Below, piece after piece: positions 39,095-49,900 of a stretch of 64,000 nt of DNA (positions within the stretch are counted from its first letter, which is position 1; each line of letters starts with the position of its first letter). This DNA comes from Bacillota bacterium (lineage in GTDB: Bacteria; Bacillota; Clostridia; Lachnospirales; Lachnospiraceae): contig JAEWQV010000034.1 in assembly GCA_023399055.1 (NCBI GenBank), forward strand, positions 46,124-110,123. Direction: 5' to 3'. Under the pieces are notes generated by a model. It had not been told where the DNA came from and did not search any database. It was given only the letters and a program-made list of their open reading frames with translations. Both the position numbers and the translations under genes were made by a program.

Positions 39095-40778
39095 AGTAAA
39101 ATAAAAAAGTAACGTCCGGTTGTGCGCGAGTAAAGTCCAGAATGTTCAAGTAACTTCTGGTGCTAATTACGAACCTGATTTTACTCTTGCACACTTCACC
39201 TAAGTCTACGTTATAATACTTTCATGGTTATCCGTCTGTGCGGAAAGAGGTACCATGAAATATAATCATAAACATCTTACTTTAAGTGACCGTATCATAA
39301 TTGAACAAGGTCTTAATGCAGGAAAAACCTTCTCTGCGATTGCCTTACAACTTGGAAAAGATCCTACTACCATATCAAAAGAGATTAGAAAACATCGTAC
39401 TGTAAAGTATCATAAAGATAAGTCAAGAAAACCTTGGTGTAGCAAAGAAAAATCATGCAAGATAAAGGGTTTATGTGATATGTCATTGTGCTACTCCTTT
39501 TGCAAGGAATGCCGTAAATGCCGCCATATCTGCCCACAATACAAGCCAAAAGAATGTGGTCGTTTGAATAAAGCTCCCTATGTTTGTAATGCTTGTCGTA
39601 GTGTCGGAAGTTGCTCTTATTATCGTTTGATTTATGTTGCAAAGTATGCGGATGATACCTATCACGAGCTTCTTAGCTCATCAAGGCAAGGAATTAATCA
39701 GACTCCAGAGGGGATGCAGGAACTAGATCGACTTATTTCTCCCCTTATTCTTAGAGGTCAGTCCCTTGGGCATATTTATATGTCCCACGCAAAACATATC
39801 CCTTGTTCCAGACGAACTTTATACAAATATATAAATCTAAATATGTTTACTGCACGTAATATCGATCTGCCACGCAAGGTAAAATACAAACTGAGAAAGT
39901 CAAGCAACACTCCTAAAGTATCAAATCGTACCTATCGGAACGGAAGAACCTATACCGAATTTTCGGTCCTTATGAAAGAATCTCCAAGCTTACCGATAGT
40001 AGAAATGGATGTTGTAGAAGGTCAAAAAGGTGGTAAATCTTTGCTCACCCTGTTATTTCGCAGTTGTAACCTGATGTTGGCCTTCCTTCTTGAAGAAAAG
40101 ACGCAGCAATGTGTGATCGAGGTTTTTGACTTTTTAAACGAACAGTTAGGAACTGATATTTTCCGAAAGCTATTTCCAGTGATTCTCACTGACAATGGCG
40201 CAGAATTTCAAAACCCATGGGAACTGGAATGTAATAAGAAAGAAGAGATTCGAACAAAAGTTTATTACTGCGACCCGAATTGTTCTTGGCAGAAAGGCAT
40301 GATTGAGAAAAATCATGAATATATTCGCTATATTTTGCCGAAGGGTAAAACCTTTGATACATTTGATCAGAATGACATTAATCTAATGATAAATCACATA
40401 AATAGCATCGCCAGAGACAGCCTAAATAGCTGTACACCATATCAACTGTCTCTTTTGCTGCTGGACAATACTTTACATAAAGTCTTGTCACTTCAGGCAA
40501 TTAAACCTGATGAAGTAATGTTAAAACCGGTATTACTAAAACACTAAAAAGATAAAAGCACAGACAGAAATCCACCGAATAAAAGCTGAAAGCAGGTGGA
40601 CTTTAGTCTCGCACACACAAGTCCAGATGCTTGTTTGCTATGCTTTTAAACCAGTTTTTCTCCCGTGATTATAATAATTATATACGCAATCACATGTAAT
40701 GTTAAGTAAAAAATGTGGATTTAAGTTTCGCACAATCAAGCATTTAAGCCACACCGGAATTTACTATGTCATTCAACG
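39095..40778 (+). mobile_element. IS30-family insertion sequence (1684 bp) with 13-bp flanking direct repeat
   Basis: TAAAACTACACTG at 39082-39094 and 40779-40791; imperfect terminal IRs 39096-39119 / 40754-40777 (17/24); four further internal repeats. Confidence 0.85.
39255..40547 (+). CDS. IS30-family DDE transposase with Cys-rich insertion
   Basis: HLTLSDR..IE HTH (IA..LGKDPTTISKEI); EMDVVEG / TDNGAEF / QKGMIEKNH DDE; YYCDP. Confidence 0.93.
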   Translation: MKYNHKHLTLSDRIIIEQGLNAGKTFSAIALQLGKDPTTISKEIRKHRTVKYHKDKSRKPWCSKEKSCKIKGLCDMSLCYSFCKECRKCRHICPQYKPKECGRLNKAPYVCNACRSVGSCSYYRLIYVAKYADDTYHELLSSSRQGINQTPEGMQELDRLISPLILRGQSLGHIYMSHAKHIPCSRRTLYKYINLNMFTARNIDLPRKVKYKLRKSSNTPKVSNRTYRNGRTYTEFSVLMKESPSLPIVEMDVVEGQKGGKSLLTLLFRSCNLMLAFLLEEKTQQCVIEVFDFLNEQLGTDIFRKLFPVILTDNGAEFQNPWELECNKKEEIRTKVYYCDPNCSWQKGMIEKNHEYIRYILPKGKTFDTFDQNDINLMINHINSIARDSLNSCTPYQLSLLLLDNTLHKVLSLQAIKPDEVMLKPVLLKH

Positions 40779-40825
40779 TAAAACTACACTGCTCGAGCGT
40801 GAATATAATTTTGAGGTAAATAATC

Positions 40826-41779
40826 ATGAAAATACGAAGATTTATGAAGAAGTGTATAGCTTTATCGCTATGTTTATCGCTTGTTGTTATTAATTTTAAT
40901 ACTTCTAGTGCCAAAGCAGAAACATTAAGTAATGAAACAAAAAACTATCAGACCATTTTTGGTGAGGAAATAAAGAATAGTCCGGAAGTTGAAATAATTG
41001 ATGCACTAGCAAATGAGTATTATAATTACTATATAGAAAATGGAGTAACACAGCAAACTATTTTGGATTTATTAAAACATACTGAAAATGATGATATATT
41101 ATCACAAACAAAATTAATATATCCGTTGGAAACTAATGCAATGTTATCAGAGAATTTAATAAGTACTTCTGTTGCTACGACTGATTATTCTATGATAATT
41201 AGGCAGGCTACTGGTTATATATATTCTTTAGAAAGTATTGCAATGCAATTAGCAAGTGTAGGAATATTAATGCAGTTATCTTATGCCATGCCATTTTTAG
41301 AATTCGCTGCTATTTTAGTTGGAGCAGTAATAATAACACTTGTTGTAGCAATAGCGTATACAATGGTTGCAGTTAGTGTTAATGAATATATATTGGCGTT
41401 GTATGCCTCAAGAGCAGCCGAAATATCAATTGCAAGAGCAAATACTGTTGTGTTAGTTGAACAGCAGAAAAATGGAGCTAAGTATTGGAGATGTACAAAA
41501 GCTAGTTGGGGTGGTATGGGAGGAATACTGATACATGAGCCTCTCAAAATGAGTGAAGCACAGGGTATTGTTGAATATAACAATGAATATTTAGGCGTTT
41601 TTGCATTTTATAGAAGTGATGCTGAAACTTTGGCTAAATCAGTACTATCGTACAAGGTTTCCCCTGTAGAGGTTCACAGAAATAATGGACAAAGTTTAAA
41701 TGTACAGCATGTTCATGCTTATATAGGGAATTTACATGCTTCTGCGCATATTTGGTTTGCTATCCCAGTTATATATTAA
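40826..41779 (+). CDS. Secreted hypothetical protein, candidate toxin
   Basis: Sec signal (AKA-ET); central hydrophobic segment; C-terminal EVH...HVH...HIWF motif. Confidence 0.6.
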   Translation: MKIRRFMKKCIALSLCLSLVVINFNTSSAKAETLSNETKNYQTIFGEEIKNSPEVEIIDALANEYYNYYIENGVTQQTILDLLKHTENDDILSQTKLIYPLETNAMLSENLISTSVATTDYSMIIRQATGYIYSLESIAMQLASVGILMQLSYAMPFLEFAAILVGAVIITLVVAIAYTMVAVSVNEYILALYASRAAEISIARANTVVLVEQQKNGAKYWRCTKASWGGMGGILIHEPLKMSEAQGIVEYNNEYLGVFAFYRSDAETLAKSVLSYKVSPVEVHRNNGQSLNVQHVHAYIGNLHASAHIWFAIPVIY

Positions 41780-41849
41780 TATAATTAACCATATTACTAT
41801 TAATCATTCTCATCATCAACTTGATTAATCAGTGGTAGGAAAGGAAATT

Positions 41850-42536
41850 ATGTTTGTTTTAGATATGGTTTTATCTTACTATAAATGTGCTGTATGTTTA
41901 GACAAAAATAGTCAATTGCTTGATTTATATGAAGATACAATGATGAACAGCAATAGTAAAGATTTGAATTACTATAATTATTTTGATTATGAATTAGAGG
42001 ATTTTCTATTACATTTAGTGGATAAAACAGATAATCTTTTTGATAATGAGTTTACAGCATGTATGAATTCATTAATAAGTGGATATCCTCGCTTATCTGA
42101 CTTGGTTGAGTATATGCATAAAGTAAATTTCTTAAAGCCTATGCATGATAAAATGTTAGAAGAAACCTATTTAAAACTTCCTTTTATTCATGATTGTTTT
42201 TTACCGGATTCAAGAGTTAAAGATTTATTATTTGATAATAAAAATCACATATGTATTATGAATTTAGTTGAGGTATCATTACTTAATGATATGAGAAGAA
42301 ATAAAAGTATTATGGTTGATAGTGGTGAGATTACTTTAATATTTAATAATGTCCAAAATGTGAAAGTAAAAGGTGAATTATTACTTGACTGTTTTAAAAC
42401 TGCTAAAGTATATTTTTCACATGTCATGAGAGCTTCTAAGGACTTGATAATTTTTTGCATTTTTGTTCTTGTTTCATGGAACAGATATTTTATGTTAGAG
42501 ATTAGCTGCTCTGATATTGAAGTTAAAATGTTATAG
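41850..42536 (+). CDS. Hypothetical cytoplasmic protein, candidate immunity protein
   Basis: Directly downstream of the toxin candidate; very AT-rich; C-terminal LPDSRVKDL...ITLIFNNV...LEISCSDIEV resembles Imm50-like beta folds. Confidence 0.5.
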   Translation: MFVLDMVLSYYKCAVCLDKNSQLLDLYEDTMMNSNSKDLNYYNYFDYELEDFLLHLVDKTDNLFDNEFTACMNSLISGYPRLSDLVEYMHKVNFLKPMHDKMLEETYLKLPFIHDCFLPDSRVKDLLFDNKNHICIMNLVEVSLLNDMRRNKSIMVDSGEITLIFNNVQNVKVKGELLLDCFKTAKVYFSHVMRASKDLIIFCIFVLVSWNRYFMLEISCSDIEVKML

Positions 42537-42621
42537 TACAAGAAGACTCAGGTATTGTAAATTTATTTGATAAAAAGAGACAAACAAATTGCATGAACAG
42601 CAGTTTGTTCGTAAATAAGTT

Positions 42622-42676
42622 GCATGGACGATACTAAATTTTAAAACTACAGTTTAAAATTTAGTATCGTCCATGC
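42622..42676. repeat. Perfect 24-bp inverted repeat
   Basis: GCATGGACGATACTAAATTTTAAA-ACTACAG-TTTAAAATTTAGTATCGTCCATGC. Confidence 0.9.
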
Positions 42677-42705
42677 TTGTATAATTCCCACAGAATTATA
42701 CAGAA

Positions 42706-42731
42706 AACCCTTGCTCTACAGAGCAAGGGTT
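42706..42731. repeat. Perfect 11-bp inverted repeat (possible terminator)
   Basis: AACCCTTGCTC-TACA-GAGCAAGGGTT. Confidence 0.8.
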
Positions 42732-42793
42732 ATTAAACTTTTTAAATTGTAGTAACTTGTATGAATAAAATCAAAAAAATCGATAAATTTACG

Positions 42794-42822
42794 TTGACAG
42801 TTGAAAATAAGTGTGCTAGTAT
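42794..42822 (+). promoter_or_regulatory. sigmaA promoter of rpoBC
   Basis: TTGACA-N17-TAGTAT with extended TG. Confidence 0.75.
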
Positions 42823-42943
42823 GAAAGATGCACTTTTGTGGTGTTATATGCCTAATTAACTATATTATAGCATATATAAAGTAATTTGAAAAGAAGTTTT
42901 TATACAAGATTTATATTATTAAACTCAAGGGGTGAAAACGTCA

Positions 42944-45900
42944 ATGGACAAGAACAGAATGCATCCAATTAAGGTTGGTAATAACGTTAGAATGAGTTAC
43001 TCCAAGCAAAAGGAAGTCCTGGAGATGCCCAATCTCATTGAAGTACAGAAGGATTCTTATCAGTGGTTTTTAGATGAGGGACTCAAGGAAGTATTTGATG
43101 ACATTTCTCCAATAGCAGACTACAGTGGACATTTGAGTTTGGAATTTGTGGACTTTGCGCTATGTGAAGATGATGTCAAGTATACAATAGAAGAATGTAA
43201 AGAGAGAGATGCTACTTATGCAGCTCCTTTAAAAGTAAAGGTAAGGCTTCATAACAAAGAAAATAACGAAATCAATGAACACGATATTTTCATGGGAGAT
43301 CTTCCATTAATGACAGCTACCGGTACCTTTGTTATCAATGGTGCAGAACGTGTTATTGTTAGCCAGTTAGTACGTTCCCCTGGTATATATTATTCAATAG
43401 ATCATGATAAGATTGGTAAGAGATTATTTTCCTCTACCGTTATTCCGAATAGAGGCGCATGGTTGGAATATGAGACAGATTCCAATGATGTGTTTTACGT
43501 ACGCGTTGACCGTAATCGTAAAGTTCCGATCACTACTTTTGTCAGAGCTTTGGGCTATGGTACCAACGAGGAAATCAAGCAGCTCTTTGGTGAAGAGCCT
43601 AAGATTCTTGCAAGTTTAGCAAAAGATCCAAGTACCTCCAAAGATCCAACCGGAAGCTATCAGGATGGTTTATTAGAGTTATACAAAAAGCTTCGTCCAG
43701 GTGAGCCTTTAGCGGTTGAAAATGCAGAATCTCTATTAAATAGTATGTTCTTTGATGCAAGAAGATATGATCTTGCTAAGGTAGGACGTTATAAATTTAA
43801 TAAGAAACTTGCTTTCCGTAATCGTATTGTAGGATTTGTTTTATCAGAAGATGTAGTTGATACCTCTACTGGTGAGATTATTGCATCCGCAGGTACACAG
43901 GTAAATGATGCTTTGGCAAGACGTATTCAAAACGCTGCAGTGCCATCTGTTATGGTACAAGCGGAAGAACGTAATGTTAAGGTTATCTCTAATATGATGG
44001 TTGACCTTGCAAGTTATGTAAACATTGATAGAAAAGAGCTTGGTATTAATGAAGATGTTTACTATCCAGTGTTAAAGAACATTCTTGCAAACAATACCAA
44101 TCCAGAAGATATTAAAGAAGCAATTAAAAAAGAAATCAATGAATTAATTCCTAAGCATATTACAAAGGAAGATATCATTGCTTCTATTAACTATAACATT
44201 CATTTGGAATATGGCATCGGTAATTCCGATGATATTGACCATTTGGGTAACAGAAGAATTAGAGCGGTTGGTGAGTTATTACAGAACCAGTACCGTATCG
44301 GTCTTTCCAGAATGGAACGTGTTGTTCGTGAAAGAATGACTACTCAGGATATCGAAGGTATCAGTCCACAGTCTCTGATTAACATTAAACCAGTTACTGC
44401 TGCTGTAAAAGAGTTCTTTGGTAGCTCCCAGTTATCACAGTTCATGGATCATCACAATCCACTTAGTGAGTTAACACATAAGAGACGTTTATCTGCACTT
44501 GGACCTGGTGGTTTGTCCAGAGATAGAGCCGGTTTCGAGGTTCGAGACGTTCACTATTCCCATTATGGAAGAATGTGTCCAATCGAGACTCCTGAAGGTC
44601 CTAACATCGGTCTGATCAACTCTCTTGCAACCTATGCAAGGATTAATGAATATGGATTTATTGAAGCTCCTTATCGTAAGGTAGATAAAACTGATCCGAT
44701 GAAGCCAAGGGTTATTGACGAGGTTGTTTATTTAACTGCTGACGAAGAGGACAAATACATTGTTGCGCAGGCGAATGAAGAATTAGATGGCGAAGGATAT
44801 TTCGTTGGAAATGCAGTTTCCGGTCGTCACAAGGAAGAGACTTCACAGTATGAGAAGCATAAGATCGACTTAATGGACGTATCCCCTAAGATGGTGTTCT
44901 CCGTAGCGACAGCGTTAATTCCTTTCCTTGAGAACGATGATGCGAACCGTGCCCTCATGGGTGCGAACATGCAGCGTCAGGCGGTTCCACTTCTTCTTAC
45001 CGAAGCTCCTGTTGTTGGAACAGGTATTGAAGCAAAAGCTGCGATTGACTCCGGTGTTTGTGTGCTTGCAAAGAAATCCGGTGTTGTTGATAAAGTAACA
45101 GCAAAAGAAGTTGTAATTAAAAATGATGATAATACGAAGACCTCTTATCGTATGATTAAGTTCTCCAAGAGTAATCAGGGAACCTGTATTAACCAGAGAC
45201 CAATTGTATTCCGTGGTGAGAGAATTACCGCTGGCCAGGTTATAGCTGATGGTCCTTCCACAGCGAAGGGTGAGCTTGCACTTGGTAAGAATCCATTAAT
45301 CGGTTTCATGACCTGGGAAGGTTACAATTACGAGGATGCTGTATTATTAAGTGAAAGATTAGTGCAGGAGGATGTTTATACTTCCGTGCATATTGAAGAA
45401 TATGAAGCAGAGTCAAGAGATACCAAACTCGGACCAGAAGAAATTACAAGAGATGTTCCTGGCGTTGGTGATGATGCATTAAAGGATCTTGATGAAAGAG
45501 GTATCATCCGTATTGGTGCTGAAGTTCGTGCCGGAGATATCTTAGTTGGTAAGGTTACACCTAAGGGTGAGACAGAACTGACTGCAGAAGAGAGACTTCT
45601 TAGAGCAATTTTCGGTGAGAAGGCAAGAGAAGTACGTGATACTTCCTTACGTGTTCCTCACGGTGAGTACGGCATTATTGTTGATGCCAAAGTATTTACA
45701 AGAGAAAATGGTGATGACCTTTCTCCTGGTGTAAATCAGACCGTTCGTGTTTACATTGCACAGAAGAGAAAGATCCAGGTTGGTGATAAGATGGCTGGTC
45801 GTCATGGTAATAAGGGTGTTGTTTCCCGTGTATTACCTGTAGAAGATATGCCTTTCTTACCAAATGGTAGGGCACTTGATATCGTGCTTAATCCTCTGGG

Positions 45901-46855
45901 TGTTCCTTCCCGTATGAACATCGGACAGGTACTTGAAATCCACTTGTCCTTAGCATCTAAGGTGCTTGGTATCGACATTTCTACACCAGTATTTGATGGT
46001 GCAAACGAGTTTGATATTATGGATACCCTTGAAATTGCAAATGATTTTGCAAATACTACCTGGGATGAATTCGAAGAAAAATATAAAGATTCTTTAGATC
46101 CTGAATTAATGGATTACTTGGAGAAGCATCCAGAGCATAGCGAAGACTGGAAGGGCGTTCCAATTAACCGCGATGGTAAAGTAAGACTTCGTGATGGTAG
46201 AACGGGTGAATACTTTGATGGTTCTGTAACCGTTGGTTTCATGCATTACCTAAAGCTTCATCACTTGGTTGATGATAAGATTCATGCTCGTTCCACAGGT
46301 CCTTACTCCTTAGTAACACAACAGCCACTTGGTGGTAAGGCACAGTTCGGTGGGCAGAGATTCGGAGAGATGGAGGTTTGGGCACTTGAAGCATATGGTG
46401 CTGCTTATATCCTACAAGAAATCTTAACTGTTAAATCCGACGACGTTACCGGTCGTGTTAAGACATATGAAGCAATCATTAAGGGAGAGAACATTTCCGA
46501 GCCTGGTATTCCAGAATCCTTTAAAGTTCTCTTAAAAGAGCTTCAATCCCTAGCACTTGACGTTACTGTTCTTGATGAGAGCGGTAATGAGGTGAAGATG
46601 ACAGAAAGTATTGACTACGGTGATTCTGACTTGACTCCATTAATCGAAGGCGATAATAATTTCAGATATGATGAAGGCTATGAAGAGGCTGGCTTCACCC
46701 AAGCGAATGTAGAAGATATCGATTCAGATGTTTTCGATGTTTATGAAGATGAATCAGAAGATATATTGGAAGACGGTATATATGAAGACGAAGAGGATGA
46801 GGAACCGATAGAGGAAGATGATTCCGATCTGTGGAGCGGTTCTGACAAAGAGTAG
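42944..46855 (+). CDS. rpoB: RNA polymerase beta subunit
   Basis: [31 protein letters not shown] 42944 after AGGGGTG. Confidence 0.99.
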   Translation: MDKNRMHPIKVGNNVRMSYSKQKEVLEMPNLIEVQKDSYQWFLDEGLKEVFDDISPIADYSGHLSLEFVDFALCEDDVKYTIEECKERDATYAAPLKVKVRLHNKENNEINEHDIFMGDLPLMTATGTFVINGAERVIVSQLVRSPGIYYSIDHDKIGKRLFSSTVIPNRGAWLEYETDSNDVFYVRVDRNRKVPITTFVRALGYGTNEEIKQLFGEEPKILASLAKDPSTSKDPTGSYQDGLLELYKKLRPGEPLAVENAESLLNSMFFDARRYDLAKVGRYKFNKKLAFRNRIVGFVLSEDVVDTSTGEIIASAGTQVNDALARRIQNAAVPSVMVQAEERNVKVISNMMVDLASYVNIDRKELGINEDVYYPVLKNILANNTNPEDIKEAIKKEINELIPKHITKEDIIASINYNIHLEYGIGNSDDIDHLGNRRIRAVGELLQNQYRIGLSRMERVVRERMTTQDIEGISPQSLINIKPVTAAVKEFFGSSQLSQFMDHHNPLSELTHKRRLSALGPGGLSRDRAGFEVRDVHYSHYGRMCPIETPEGPNIGLINSLATYARINEYGFIEAPYRKVDKTDPMKPRVIDEVVYLTADEEDKYIVAQANEELDGEGYFVGNAVSGRHKEETSQYEKHKIDLMDVSPKMVFSVATALIPFLENDDANRALMGANMQRQAVPLLLTEAPVVGTGIEAKAAIDSGVCVLAKKSGVVDKVTAKEVVIKNDDNTKTSYRMIKFSKSNQGTCINQRPIVFRGERITAGQVIADGPSTAKGELALGKNPLIGFMTWEGYNYEDAVLLSERLVQEDVYTSVHIEEYEAESRDTKLGPEEITRDVPGVGDDALKDLDERGIIRIGAEVRAGDILVGKVTPKGETELTAEERLLRAIFGEKAREVRDTSLRVPHGEYGIIVDAKVFTRENGDDLSPGVNQTVRVYIAQKRKIQVGDKMAGRHGNKGVVSRVLPVEDMPFLPNGRALDIVLNPLGVPSRMNIGQVLEIHLSLASKVLGIDISTPVFDGANEFDIMDTLEIANDFANTTWDEFEEKYKDSLDPELMDYLEKHPEHSEDWKGVPINRDGKVRLRDGRTGEYFDGSVTVGFMHYLKLHHLVDDKIHARSTGPYSLVTQQPLGGKAQFGGQRFGEMEVWALEAYGAAYILQEILTVKSDDVTGRVKTYEAIIKGENISEPGIPESFKVLLKELQSLALDVTVLDESGNEVKMTESIDYGDSDLTPLIEGDNNFRYDEGYEEAGFTQANVEDIDSDVFDVYEDESEDILEDGIYEDEEDEEPIEEDDSDLWSGSDKE

Positions 46856-46924
46856 CAGTCGCTGTAAAGCCTGTGATCAATCGTTAACCGATATATAAGT
46901 TGAAGACGAAGGGAGAACCGAGGG

Positions 46925-49900
46925 ATGTCTGAAATATTAAGTAACATTCAAGAGATAACCTATGATGCAATAAAGATTGGTTTAGCTTCACCTGAAAAAA
47001 TTAGAGAGTGGTCTAAAGGAGAAGTTAGAAAGCCAGAGACAATCAATTATAGAACCTTAAAGCCTGAAAAGGACGGTTTGTTCTGTGAGAGAATCTTTGG
47101 ACCCAGCAAGGACTGGGAATGCCATTGTGGTAAATATAAAAAGATTAGATATAAGGGCGTAGTTTGTGATCGTTGTGGCGTTGAAGTTACAAAAGCAAGC
47201 GTACGTCGTGAAAGAATGGGTCACATCGAACTTGCAGCACCAGTTTCTCATATCTGGTACTTCAAGGGAATCCCAAGCCGTATGGGCCTTATTCTTGACC
47301 TTTCACCTAGAACGTTAGAAAAGGTACTTTACTTTGCTTCCTATATCGTACTTGATAAGGGAACAACTGACCTTCAGTACAAACAAGTTCTAAATGAAAA
47401 GGAAAGACAAGAAGCAATCGAAAAATATGGATATAACAGCTTCCGCCTCGGTATGGGCGCGGAAGCAATCCAGGAATTATTACAGGCAATTGATCTTGAG
47501 AAGGAGTCCAAGGAATTAAAGAGAGGACTTAAAGATTCAACTGGTCAAAAACGTGCTAGAATTATTAAACGTCTTGAGGTTGTTGAAGCTTTTAGAGAGT
47601 CTCATAATCAACCAGATTGGATGATTTTATCCGTAATTCCAGTAATTCCTCCGGATCTTCGTCCAATGGTTCAGCTCGATGGTGGACGTTTTGCTACCTC
47701 CGATATGAACGACTTATATCGTAGAATTATCAACCGTAACAACCGTCTTAAGAGACTTCTTGAACTCGGAGCACCGGACATTATTGTTCGTAACGAGAAG
47801 AGAATGCTTCAAGAGGCAGTGGATGCATTAATTGATAACGGTAGAAGAGGTAGACCGGTAACCGGACCTGGTAACCGTGCACTTAAGTCCTTATCCGATA
47901 TGTTAAAGGGTAAACAAGGACGTTTCCGTCAGAACTTACTTGGTAAACGTGTTGACTACTCTGGACGTTCCGTTATCGTTGTAGGACCTGAATTAAAGCT
48001 ATATCAATGCGGTCTGCCAAAAGAAATGGCAATCGAGTTATTCAAACCTTTCGTTATGAAAGAGTTAGTAGCAAGAGGAACCGCTCACAACATTAAATCT
48101 GCTAAGAAGATGGTAGAAAGACTTCAGACAGAGGTTTGGGACGTTCTTGAGGAAGTTATCAAAGAACATCCGGTTATGCTGAACCGTGCCCCAACCCTTC
48201 ATAGACTTGGTATTCAGGCATTTGAGCCAGTTCTTGTTGAAGGTAAGGCGATTAAACTTCATCCGCTTGTATGTACCGCTTATAATGCGGACTTCGACGG
48301 TGACCAGATGGCGGTGCATTTGCCTCTGTCCGTAGAAGCACAAGCAGAATGTCGTTTCTTACTGCTTTCACCAAACAACTTATTGAAGCCTTCCGATGGT
48401 GCCCCTGTAACTGTTCCTTCACAGGATATGGTACTTGGTATTTACTATTTGACCATCGAAAGAGAAATGGAAGGCGGAGTTCGCCATCACTATAAGAGCT
48501 TGAATGAAGCAATTCTGGCTTATGAGAATGGTGCAATTTCTCTTCATGAAATGATTAAAGTTAGAAGATCAGGCATTAATAACCAAGGTGTAGAGGAAAT
48601 TAGAGCAGTTCAATCTACCTTAGGACGTTTTATCTTCAATGAAATCATTCCACAGGATTTAGGATTTATTGATCGTTCCTTAGATGAAAACTTCTTAAAA
48701 CTTGAAATCAACTTCTTAGTTGGTAAGAAACAGTTGAAGCCAATCTTAGAAAAATGTATTAACATCCATGGTGCAACAAAGACTGCAGAAATCCTTGATG
48801 CAGTTAAGTCCCTTGGTTATAAATATTCCACTCGTGCAGCTATGACCGTATCCATCTCTGATATGAAAGTACCAGAAGAGAAGAAACAGATTATGGCAGA
48901 AGCAGAAGCTACCATTGAAGATATTGCAAAAGAGTATAGACGTGGTAGAATGACTGAAGAAGAAAGATATTCAGCAGTTATTGATACTTGGAAGGAAGCA
49001 GATAAGATTCTTACTGATAAGCTTCTAAGTGGTCTTGATAAATTTAATAACATTAAGATGATGTCCGATTCCGGTGCCCGTGGTTCCGATAAGCAGATCA
49101 AACAGCTTGCAGGTATGCGTGGTTTGATGGCGGATACAACTGGTAAAACAATCGAATTACCTATTAAGTCCAACCTACGTGAAGGTCTTGACGTATTGGA
49201 GTACTTTATCTCTGCGCATGGTGCTCGTAAAGGTCTATCCGATACAGCGCTTCGTACCGCTGACTCCGGTTATTTGACTCGTCGTCTTGTTGACGTTTCA
49301 CAGGATTTAATTATTCGTGAAGTAGATTGTTGCGAAGGTCATGAGATTCCAGGAATGGTAATTGAAGCATTCATGGATGGAAAAGAAATGATCGAAAGCT
49401 TGGAAGAAAGAATCACAGGAAGATATTCTTGTGAATCCATTTATGATACGGATGGCAGCATGATTGTTAAGGCAAATCATATGATTACACCGAAACGTGC
49501 AGCAAAAATCATTTCAACTGGAGTTGAAAAGGTTAAAATCCGTACAATTTTATCCTGTAAATCACATATCGGTGTTTGTGCAAAATGTTATGGTGCAAAC
49601 ATGGCAACTGGCGAGGCAGTACAGGTTGGTGAAGCTGTTGGTATTATCGCAGCACAGTCCATCGGTGAGCCTGGTACACAGCTTACCATGCGTACTTTCC
49701 ATACCGGTGGTGTTGCGGGAGACGATATCACACAAGGTCTTCCTCGTGTTGAAGAGTTATTTGAAGCAAGAAAGCCAAAGGGACTTGCAATTATTGCAGA
49801 GTTCGGTGGCGTAGTTACAATAAAGGATACAAAGAAGAAACGTGAAGTTATTGTTACCAATAATGAAACGATGGAAGCAAAAGCATACTTAATTCCTTAT

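Noticed and set aside
40699..40893. 64-aa ORF
   Set aside because: Straddles the IS right end and overlaps the 40826 gene out of frame; chance ORF
42595..42606. SOS-box-like GAACAGCAGTTT
   Set aside because: Lies downstream of a gene end and far from the rpoB promoter; likely chance
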